Shown here: positions 33,854 through 42,462 of the stretch, piece by piece
How the letters are laid out: each line of letters opens with the position of its first letter
Numbering within the stretch: the stretch's first letter is position 1
Assembly: GCA_013416795.1 (NCBI GenBank)
Contig: RQSC01001252.1
Location: forward strand, 1 to 64,000
Direction of reading: 5' to 3'
DNA: 64,000 nucleotides
Source of the DNA: Prasinococcaceae sp. CCMP 1430
Taxonomy: Eukaryota; Plantae; Prasinodermophyta
Made by a program: the position numbers and the translations under genes
The notes under the pieces: model-generated
Seen by the model: only the letters and a program-made list of their open reading frames with translations
The model's database searches: none
Told to the model about the DNA's origin: nothing

Positions 33854-34587
33854 GGACACGCTCGCCGGCGTGCGGGACCGCGTTGCGCAGATGTTCGGCC
33901 GCAAGGGTGCGACCGAGACCGAGCTCTCGGTGGACTCATTCTTGCAGATGGTGAATCAGCAGCGCTCGCAGCACGAGGCGAGGCTCGACGACTCGCAGAG
34001 GCAGCAGCTTGAGTTCTCGCACGCGGCTGCTGATAAGGTCTTCGGATCGCTCTCGAAGGTGAGGAGGGCGGACGTGGCTGCGCCGTTGCCGCCTGATGCT
34101 CTCTATCTTACGCGCGCGCGCGCACTCCTGCTGACGCGAGGATGCTTACCGCGCCCCGACGATTGGTTAACTTGCTGACCCACCCCCGCAGGAGGAGCGC
34201 AAGCAGCTCGAGTCGCTCCCGGAGGACGCCGACGCGTACCGCACACTACCGCAGCCGCTTATCAAGAGGCTGCGCCAGTCGGTGCCTGAGGGCGGGGTGG
34301 GCGCGCGCATGGTCGAATTTCAGCTCGGCCACTACATGTACTTCAAGGCGGCAATGTCAGTGGCCGCCAGGTGGCGCGACGCGGGCAACAAGGAGCCACC
34401 GAGCGCCGAGTACATCGGAATGCACATCGGCGCGCCACCCGNCCGCCCGCGCCGTCCGCGCGGGCGTGAGCCCGCGGGGCGCGCGCGTGCGAGCGGTAAT
34501 TGGAAGTGTGGCTCCTCTCGAGGGGGTAGGGTGCCCAGGGGTCGGTGCAGGGGCAGAGGCGTCTGCCGACGAGCAAAGAGCGGGTGA
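33852..34587 (+). CDS. Uncharacterised protein with weak SRP54/Ffh M-domain resemblance; join(33852..34058,34192..34587); C-terminus unreliable after the N at 34442
   Basis: Coding-like composition. Intron GTGAGG(34059)..CCCGCAG(34191) with a CTGAC branch site keeps the frame: DKVFGSLSK|EERKQLE. Confidence 0.65.
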
Positions 34588-34653
34588 GGTGTGGGCAGAG
34601 CGGGAGCGGGGCGCCGGGACGCGTCAGGGCGGCGTCTCGCGCGGCCGGCGTGC

Positions 34654-36057
34654 ATGGGCACGCGGCTGCGCTGCGCCACGGCGCGCGCGGCTCTGGCCGC
34701 CGCGCGGCTCGGTGCACAGACCGCGGATGCCGCCGCGGACGCGGCCGCAAGGAGGGGGGGATTGGCCACGGCGCCCAAGCTCGCAGGCTGGTGCGCGCGC
34801 GCGCAGAGGTCCTTTTCGGCGTCGGCGCGCCCGTCGGCAGCGCTCCTCGCGGCGTCACCGTCGCTCAAGGACGCGCACAGCACCGACGTGGTGGAGGACA
34901 TATACAGGTGCTCCTTCCAGCGGCAGACGGGCGTGTCGCTCAAGTACATGATGAACTTCGGCAAGAACCCCACCACGGAAAATCTGGTCGTCAGCGCGCA
35001 ATTCCTGCAGAACGAGCTGCCCGTCCGACTCGCGCACCGCGTCACCGAGCTCGAGAATTTGCCGATGGGCCTCTCGGACAAGGCGCCGATCATCAAGGTG
35101 CGCGACTGGTACGTCGAGTCGTTCCGGGAGCTGCGCGCGATGGCGCCGGTGCGGACGGCCGCAGACGAGGCGGCGTTCTCTCAAGACATCGAGCGCATCC
35201 TCCAGCGCCACGCAAATGTCGTGCCAATGGTCGCGCTCGGCGTGGCCGAGCTCAAGGAGGAGCTCATGGCGGGCAGCAGCCGCATACCAGCGGCGACCAA
35301 GTTCTCCTCGGACAGCTGGTCCAACCTGCCCGAGATACACATGTTCCTGGATGGCTTCTACATGAGCCGCATAGGACTGCGCATGCTCATCGGGCAGCAT
35401 GTCGCGCTGCACAAGGCGCACGTCACCTCGGCGAGCGCGCCGAGCAACTTCACCCGAGGGGAGGACGACTGGGTGGGGCTCATCTGCACCAAGGTCAATC
35501 CCGTGGCCGTCGCAGAGGAGGCCATCGAGGACGCGCGCGCCGTCTGCCTCCGACACTATGGCTGCGCACCCGAGGTGCAGGTGTTCGCCGACAGCGACCT
35601 GCGCCTCCCGTACGTGCCGGGGCATCTCCACCAGTGCCTGTTCGAGCTCATCAAGAATTCTTTGCGAGCTGTCACTGACAGGTACATGGACGCGGACGAG
35701 GACCCTCCGCCGGTGAGGTTGGTGGTGGCCGACGGTGACGAGGACGTCACGTTCAAGGTCTCGGATGAGGGTGGCGGCATCGCGCGCAGTGACATAGGAC
35801 GCATCTGGACCTACCTCTACACGACGGCAGACACGGCTGCCTTGGCCATGCTCGCTGAGGACGCCGAGGCGGGCCAGAGTGGTGCCGTCGTGCAGCGCTC
35901 ACCGGTGCTCGCCGGGTACGGCTACGGCCTGCCGCTGTCCAGGCTGTACGCGCGGTACTTCGGGGGCGACCTGCAGGTCATATCGATGGAGGGCTACGGC
36001 ACCGACGCGTACCTCCACGTGCATCGCCTCGGCGAGGCGCCCGAGCCGCTGCCGTGA
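34654..36057 (+). CDS. PDK: Mitochondrial pyruvate dehydrogenase kinase (BCKDK/PDK family)
   Basis: QTGVSLKYMMNFG, FLQNELPVRLAHRV.EL.NLP, WYVESF, FYMSRIGLRMLIGQH, LFELIKNSLRA, VSDEGGGI, IWTYLYTT and LAGYGYGLPLSRLYARYFGGDL..ISMEGYGTDAY. Presequence-like N-terminus. Confidence 0.97.
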   Translation: MGTRLRCATARAALAAARLGAQTADAAADAAARRGGLATAPKLAGWCARAQRSFSASARPSAALLAASPSLKDAHSTDVVEDIYRCSFQRQTGVSLKYMMNFGKNPTTENLVVSAQFLQNELPVRLAHRVTELENLPMGLSDKAPIIKVRDWYVESFRELRAMAPVRTAADEAAFSQDIERILQRHANVVPMVALGVAELKEELMAGSSRIPAATKFSSDSWSNLPEIHMFLDGFYMSRIGLRMLIGQHVALHKAHVTSASAPSNFTRGEDDWVGLICTKVNPVAVAEEAIEDARAVCLRHYGCAPEVQVFADSDLRLPYVPGHLHQCLFELIKNSLRAVTDRYMDADEDPPPVRLVVADGDEDVTFKVSDEGGGIARSDIGRIWTYLYTTADTAALAMLAEDAEAGQSGAVVQRSPVLAGYGYGLPLSRLYARYFGGDLQVISMEGYGTDAYLHVHRLGEAPEPLP

Positions 36058-36258
36058 GCGGTGGGACCAGCGGCGCTCGCGCGCACGTGCGGCAGGTCCG
36101 TGCGCATCGGCCCCGCCCTGCTTCTCTCCCTGTCTGTACATTAAATTCATGTCGGCCATCGACGGGCGGGCGGGCGCGCCCTGCCTCCTGCGCGCGCCCT
36201 GCCTGCTGCGCGCGCCGCGCCGCACGCGGCCCCTATTATCAAATATCAGTCGCTCACT

Positions 36259-36801
36259 CTACTCTTCCTTCTTGGGAGTGACGAGTGCCGCGGCGGCGGC
36301 CTCGTGCGCGTTGCGTGGCGCGCCTGTCACGGTGAAGGCGGGCTTCTGCTCCGTCTGCGCCTGGCCGCCGTTGGCAGCGATTTGTGCGACGGCCTGCACG
36401 AGCATCTGCTGTGTGAAGGAGGAACCGCGCTGCCAGGAGGAGTAGAGCGCGTCGCCGGCGCGCGCCTGCGCCTCGCTCAGCGCCCTGTCGATGTTTTCCT
36501 CGTGTGCGGCGATGCGCGGCGCCAGCATCGACTCGTACACGAACGCGGCTCCCCTCGTGCGAGGGTGCCACAGGTAGACCACGAACGCGATCTTCGCCTC
36601 GTAGTAAAGCGGCGCCCACGACACGAACGCGTCCGCAAGGAGCTCGACCGCGGCCAGCGCGGCCATGCACATCCAGTACGTGCACCAGTCGGCGACGGCC
36701 ACCTCGTCGCGCTTCGGCTTCTTCAGCTGCTTGAAGCACAGGTAGCCGGGGTACACATAGCCGGCGAGGACGAGGAGCACCCTCGCGGGGTAGGCGAACA
36801 T
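36259..36801 (-). CDS. HVA22/REEP (TB2/DP1) family protein
   Basis: LAGYVYPGYLCFK, WCTYWM, PLYYEAKIAFVVYLWHPRTRGAAFVY. Confidence 0.93.
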   Translation of the reverse strand: MFAYPARVLLVLAGYVYPGYLCFKQLKKPKRDEVAVADWCTYWMCMAALAAVELLADAFVSWAPLYYEAKIAFVVYLWHPRTRGAAFVYESMLAPRIAAHEENIDRALSEAQARAGDALYSSWQRGSSFTQQMLVQAVAQIAANGGQAQTEQKPAFTVTGAPRNAHEAAAAALVTPKKEE

Positions 36802-37288
36802 CTCTGCGCGCGTCCCCTCGTCCCCCGTGCCCGCCCGCGAGAGAGCCGCGCGCGGCGAGTGGCGCCCGCGCCCGGCCGCAAGGGAGGAGGGGGGGGGGGA
36901 GCGTGGCGTGGGTGGCGCGCAGAAGCGCGCGCACGGCCGCGCGCGAGGCCGCGCGCGCGCGCGCGCCCCTGCGGCGCGCGCGCTCTTTGCGCGGGCGCCC
37001 GCCCATCAAAACGCATTCGGCCCTTTTCGCGCGCGCACCGACGGAGTTCGAAACTCCGACGCGCGCCCGCAGGCCGCGCAGGCTGCGATGTGCCCACGGG
37101 CGAGTACATGTTGGGATGCGCATATGCTACCACTACGCCGATATCGCATCGGGTGGGCGGCGGGCGCAGGGAGGGAGCGCGCCGGGGCGAGCGGCAACGC
37201 GCGGCCGTCGAGGGGCTCTGTATGATACAATCGTGTACACTCGGCGCGGCGCGCGGCGCCGGCGCGGTCCTCGCGGGTGCCCTCGGCC

Positions 37289-37850
37289 TCAGCGCACCAC
37301 GAGGTCGCTGTCGCTGTCGCTGTCGCTCGCCCGCAGCTGCCGGAGCTGCTGCTGCTGCGCTCGCGCCCTCCCCATATGCCTCTGCCGCTGCTGCGTTCGG
37401 GCGCCGCCGCCGGCGCCCCCGCCATCCCCTGCCGCGGCGCCCACGCCGCTGGCGGCGCGCGCGCCCTCCCTCGCCGCCTCGATTGCCACCGCGCTCCTGC
37501 GCACCGCGAGAGACACGTCGGGCACCGTCACGGTGCTGCGGCCCGCGTGGCGCGCGAAGCTCTTGACGTCGCGGCTCAAAGAGTCGGCGAACTGGCACGT
37601 CAGCGCCGCCACCGGCGACAGCGTCTGGAAGGATCACGAGCGCCATCGTCGCCGCGCATCCGCGCCGCGCGGGTCAGCCGCGACAACGAAGCGAGCGCTC
37701 GGGCGCGCGCGAGCACAAAGGCGAGCACGCGCCGCGCACTGCGGCGGCGCACCTTCGCGTCGTCCACTCCCACCCTTCCCGCATTCACCTCGGCCCGCTC
37801 CGCCGCGCGTGCGTAGCGGAGCGCGCACGCAGCCAGACGCTCCAGGTCTC
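37289..37850 (-). CDS. MHF1: CENP-S/MHF1 histone-fold protein; intron 37625-37752; start unresolved
   Basis: Spliced DDAK|TLSPVAALTCQFADSLSRDVKSFARHAGRSTVTVPDVSLAVRRS matches the CENP-S D.E.FA.HAGR.TV..DDV.L..RR consensus. Confidence 0.8.
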
Positions 37851-38144
37851 CTCGTTGGCGCGCACGCGGCGCCGAATCCACGCATAGCGACACGCGCGAG
37901 TTGAACTCAGCATAGAGCGCTAGCTTGGTGGGCTGCTCGCCGCGCCGGGTGTGGCGCGCCCCCTAGTAGACACACAACAGACGCCACCAACAGCCTACAG
38001 GGCGCATTCGCTCGTGGCCTTTTTCGGGGCCGGTGTAGCGCGCTGCCCCGCGTGCCGTTGCCACTTCGCTTCCTCCCCCCCCCCCTCCCCCATCCCCAGG
38101 GGGCGCGCGCGGCTCTCAGCCCCCCTTCCCCCCGTGGGCTGAAT

Positions 38145-39431
38145 ATGTCGATGTTCTCGTCGCTGCCGCTCGTCGGCTGCGACGGCCGCCCGGTCGATGC
38201 AGCGCGCCTCGAGGGCAAGGCCGTCCTGCTGTACTTCTCCGCGTCGTGGTGCGGGCCGTGCAAGCGCTTCACCCCGGCGCTTCGCGTGTGGTACGACGCG
38301 CTCGTTGCTGAGGGCGAGCCCCTGGAAATCGTCTTTGTCTCCAGGGACAAGAACCCCGAGGAGGCGCAGGCATACATGAAGGACCACATGGGGCCGTGGT
38401 GCGCGCTGGACTACGGCGCGCCTGCCGGCGACGAGCTCGCCAGGCTGTTCGGCATCAGAGGCATCCCACAGGCCGTCGTCGTCGACTCGCTCATGCAGCC
38501 GCAGTTCTCGGCGGATGTGGGCGAGGCCATCAGCGAGATGTTCAAGCAGCCCACGGAGGAAGCGCAGGTGAGGGTGGCGCGCAAGAGCTTCGCAGGCATG
38601 AAGAAGATGTGCGGCCTTGGTGGAGAGGGCACAGAGGCTGCCGAGGGTGCCACTGGCGGCAGCGCGGCGACAGCCGGCGGCAGCGGGGGCGCGTCGGGGG
38701 GGGTGAGTGGCAGCAGTTCTGCTGCCGCGGCCGCTGCGTGCCCCGGCGCGCTGCGGGCGGCCTTGCGGGCGTGCCGTTCATCACTCCCGCCACAGGCGTG
38801 CTCTACGTTGCGCGCGATTGGCATCAACGCCGCGAAGGACGACGCGAAGTACCGCATCCTGAAGTCGGCCAACAAGGCCATTGCTGAGCGCGTGCTGGCG
38901 CACGCGCCCGCCGTCGAAGCGCTCAAGGCCATGGGCTGGGCTGAGGCGGACGGTATGTGGTCGCTACCGCAGAGCGCGGTGGTCAACCAGGGAACGCTCG
39001 CGGCCTTCGACGAACTTGTTGCGAGGCCCCTCGTCTTTGGCGGCGCGCGGCCATCGAGGGCGCACCCGCGGCAGCAGGCGCGGGCAACGAGGGCGGACGC
39101 CGGCGCGGGTGCGGCTCTGCCTCCGCCGCAGCAGATTCAAGCGGCACAGCTGCAAGCGGCAATGCAGGCAGCGATGGCGAACGTTTTCGGCGCGGGGCAG
39201 CCGCAGGCACATGGCGTTGGAGCTGCAGCGACCACACCAGCTCCTGTCCCTGCCGCCACTCCTGCGCCCGCGACAACGGCGCTCGCCGGGGAGGACGATG
39301 CGGCGATGGCAGCAAGGCTCCAGGCAGAGGCAGATGCTGCTGATGCGGCGCTCGCTGCGAGACTGCAAGCCGAAGAAGACGCTGCTGCCGACGCCGAGGC
39401 CACCCCTGGCGACGGCGACGCAATGCAGTGA
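38145..39431 (+). CDS. Nucleoredoxin/tryparedoxin-like thioredoxin fused to a PUB domain and two MIU-like motifs
   Basis: LEGKAVLLYFSASWCGPCKRFTP, EIVFVSRD, FGIRGIP; PUB-like TLRAIGINAAKDDAKYRILKSANKAI.ERV...AVEALKAMGW; two D.A.AARLQAE motifs. Confidence 0.85.
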   Translation: MSMFSSLPLVGCDGRPVDAARLEGKAVLLYFSASWCGPCKRFTPALRVWYDALVAEGEPLEIVFVSRDKNPEEAQAYMKDHMGPWCALDYGAPAGDELARLFGIRGIPQAVVVDSLMQPQFSADVGEAISEMFKQPTEEAQVRVARKSFAGMKKMCGLGGEGTEAAEGATGGSAATAGGSGGASGGVSGSSSAAAAAACPGALRAALRACRSSLPPQACSTLRAIGINAAKDDAKYRILKSANKAIAERVLAHAPAVEALKAMGWAEADGMWSLPQSAVVNQGTLAAFDELVARPLVFGGARPSRAHPRQQARATRADAGAGAALPPPQQIQAAQLQAAMQAAMANVFGAGQPQAHGVGAAATTPAPVPAATPAPATTALAGEDDAAMAARLQAEADAADAALAARLQAEEDAAADAEATPGDGDAMQ

Positions 39432-39590
39432 GGTAGGGCACCAGGATGCGTCTATGCGCGGGGCAGGGGCGCACCGCTGCGGCGCAAGGAACGCACTCTT
39501 CCTGCACAAAACGATGTCTGAAATTAATGCGGAGCTGCATCGACCTCACTTTGGGCGCTCACGCGTGCCACGGCGCGCGCCCCAGCGCGC

Positions 39591-40799
39591 TTATTTGCCG
39601 TCCGGACCCGAGCGTGGCGCCTTCTTGCGCCAGCGGCTGCGGCGGCGCTTGCGGTCCACGTCGGCGGCGTCGGGACTCTGCGTGGATTCTTGCTCCCCGT
39701 CCACCGCGCCACCGCCATTCACCTGCGCCGCCGACCCCCTGGCGCCGCCCTGCGTGCCCCTGCCCCTCAGCGTCCTCCTGAACCGCCTCGACGGCCTGTT
39801 CTGGCGCACCACCACGTTGGTCGACCCACCTGCTCCTGGAACCCACTCGAGGTACTGGCCATCAGCAAAGAACGCCTCGATGAGCCCCGTCATGAGCACC
39901 TTCATGAGGAACCAGGAGACTTCGTGCTCCCACGGCCTGCGCACGATGTCGCCGAGTGGCACCCACTCCAGCGCCGATATCTCGCCGTCGCTTTCGTTGC
40001 TTGCCACGCGCTCCATGAAGCGCGTGGGCAGGTCGCGCGTGGCCGGCATGTGGTGCAAGAAGACTGCGTACTTGCCAGCTGGGAACCACAGCACCGGGCC
40101 GCGCACGCGTCGCTGCCTGCCGCCGAAGAGCAAGCGCCCGGTCTCCTCCGCAACCTCGCGCGCCGCTGTGTGGCGCGGCCCAAGATCGCGGGGCTCCCTC
40201 TTGCCGCCGAGGATGAGCAGCGCGTTGCCCTCGCCGAGCTTCGAGTTCAGCTTTTTCTGCTTGCCCTGCCGCCCGAAGAGGAGCAGCACGTCGACCACGT
40301 TGCCATCGTCGTCGGTTATCACATGGTATGGCATCACGCCGGCGGCAGCCCACGCGCGCTGGTGCTGTGGGCGAAGGCGTGGCTCCAGGTACGCGCCCAG
40401 TCGACCGGCCTTGCGCATCATGGCCTTGTACTCGGCGCGGCGGGCCTCGTGGGGCTGCAGCACGTCGCCATCTTCCACCTCCTCGCTGACGGCGCCGTCG
40501 ATCGCGTCGCTGGCAGCAGCGCCCGCAGGCGTGCCCGCGGCTGAGCCCTGAGGGAGCGTGGAGGCGTCCGATCCGCCGCCGCCCTCCGCGCCCTTGGCGC
40601 CCTCGCTGCTCGCCTGCGCTTTGCGCTGCTGCTGCCCGTGCCCCTGCCTGCCGCGCTGCTGCCGGGACACCTGGTCGCGGCGCTGCTCTTCGGGCGCGTC
40701 CTCTTCGGTGCGGTCGTCGCCGCCGCCGTCGGGCGCACCGACGTCGGCCCCGCCGCCGAGTACAACTGCGCGCGTGCCGAATTGGGCGGGCGCCCCGTG
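39591..40799 (-). CDS. Nudix hydrolase domain protein (no ATG of its own for the N-terminal part; probably the last exon of the upstream CCDC130-like gene)
   Basis: AAGVMPY...VLLLFG and Nudix box GGKREPRDLGPRHTAAREVAEETG; LEWVPL. Confidence 0.82.
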   Translation of the reverse strand, partial: HGAPAQFGTRAVVLGGGADVGAPDGGGDDRTEEDAPEEQRRDQVSRQQRGRQGHGQQQRKAQASSEGAKGAEGGGGSDASTLPQGSAAGTPAGAAASDAIDGAVSEEVEDGDVLQPHEARRAEYKAMMRKAGRLGAYLEPRLRPQHQRAWAAAGVMPYHVITDDDGNVVDVLLLFGRQGKQKKLNSKLGEGNALLILGGKREPRDLGPRHTAAREVAEETGRLLFGGRQRRVRGPVLWFPAGKYAVFLHHMPATRDLPTRFMERVASNESDGEISALEWVPLGDIVRRPWEHEVSWFLMKVLMTGLIEAFFADGQYLEWVPGAGGSTNVVVRQNRPSRRFRRTLRGRGTQGGARGSAAQVNGGGAVDGEQESTQSPDAADVDRKRRRSRWRKKAPRSGPDGK

Positions 40800-40893
40800 C
40801 TGGTCAGCACCCGTGCGAGAGGGAAAGAGAGGCAGGGAGGGAGGGAGGCAGGCAGGGAGGGAGGGAGGGAGGGAGCCGCGGAGCACCACGCAC

Positions 40894-41389
40894 CTCATCC
40901 ATCCTTTTGGTCGCCGCCTTGGCGATGCGCTCATCCTCCTGGGCGCGCTCCAGGGTGGCCATGGCGTCGCCCCCGGTCGTCCGCTCCCCTTCTCGCCTCC
41001 CTTGGCGCAGCTGGGCGCGCTCGCGCTCGGCGCGCTCGGCGGCCCTCTCGTCCGTCCCCGCCCAGTAGTCGCCCTCCTCGGCGCGCACCGGCGCGTTGCG
41101 CCGCGTGTGCCGGAAGCGCCCGCCGGAGACGAAGACGAAGCCCGCGCTCTGCGGGTCGGTGCGCACCACGAAGGTGGCCCCGCAGCAGGTCGCTTTCATG
41201 GTGAACTGCCAAATGGGCGAGGAGAGGTACGCGCCCGCCCGCTCCTTGCGCGCGTTGAAGCGCACGCCGCGCCCGCACGCCGCGCCGCAGGCGGCGCACG
41301 CGGCGTCCTCGGGCATCTCGAAGCGCACGGTGCCCCCGCCCTTGGCCTTGCCGCCGGCGCCGTCGCCCGCCCGCCGCTGGCGCCGCCGC
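40894..41389 (-). CDS. CWC16/YJU2 family splicing factor (CCDC130/YJU2B-like) exon; N-terminus lost at the N at 41390
   Basis: VRFEMPEDAACAAC...GRGVRFNARKERAGAYLSSPIWQFTMKATCC...VRTDPQSAGFVFVSGG matches the CWC16 zinc-ribbon core. GTGCGT donor at 40893. Confidence 0.85.
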
Positions 41390-41390
41390 N

Positions 41391-41448
41391 CACACACACG
41401 CGCACGCACACACACGCACACACACACACGCACACGCACACACGCACG

Positions 41449-41507
<59 letters not shown>

Positions 41508-41550
41508 GCACGCACGCACGCACGCACACACACGCGCGCACACACACACA
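41391..41550. repeat. (CA)n/(CACG) microsatellite
   Basis: Direct reading; adjacent to the single N at 41390. Confidence 0.95.
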
Positions 41551-42462
41551 CGCGCGCGCGAGCGCGCACATGCTCGCGCGCGCGAGAATTTTTTTTGCCA
41601 AGAAGGCGAACGGACTCGCTCGCTCGGCGAACGAGGGCGCGCGCGGGCGCGCACGCGCGCGCGCCCCCAATGTTTTCCCAGTCCCGCGCGGCGAGCGCGC
41701 GCGCGGCACGCGCGCGCGCGCGCGCCTCGGATCCTGCGGATCGATCCGCACCCGTCGAGCAAAGCGCGATCTGCCCCGCCTTCGTCGTAGGGTTTGCAAC
41801 CAGCGGTGCGATGCATGCGACGAACGTACATGTACATGTACATGTACTGCACGTCCTGTACGACGGCGTGAAGGGCGCACTGCAGGCGCACCTCGGTCGG
41901 ACCTCCCCCGAAGACGAACCCTAAATATTTCTACGTACTGTACAGTACATAACCCAAACCTCACAATGAGTTTTTTTTTCCCCAGTGATTTTTGTGGGTG
42001 GGTGGGTGCTGCGGGGGGTGCCGGCACAACGCGCCCAGCCGCCCCTCCCTCCCCCCCCCCCTCGGCCGTCCCTGGCCTTCGTCGGGGAGCTGCGCTGGAG
42101 ATCGCTGCAGCTCGAGGAGGGGGAGGGGGAGGAGGAGCGCGGCCGGGCAGGCGCGGGCGCGGGCGCGCCCGTCGCGCCCGTCGACCCACACGTCGAGCAC
42201 GCCGTCCATGCGGATGGAGGCTGCCCGCAGTGCCGCCGGACTGCCGGGAGCGCGGGCTGCGTGGCGCAGTGCACGCACGCGCAGACAGCACGCACCGCGC
42301 GGCACCTCTGCCGCCGCGCAGAGCGGAGGTCAGATTTATCCCGGCGTCGATCCGAGCAGACGCGGCCAGGCAGCGCGCGCCCCACAGCCCACGCCCGCAA
42401 GCGCGCACCATGGCGCCCGTGGCCTCTGTGTTTGCGCGGGCTGCGCCGCCGCGGGCGGCGGG

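Noticed and set aside
34442-34654. Very short spacing between the M-domain-like gene and PDK
   Set aside because: The N at 34442 marks a probable collapsed gap, and the frame after it looks non-coding.
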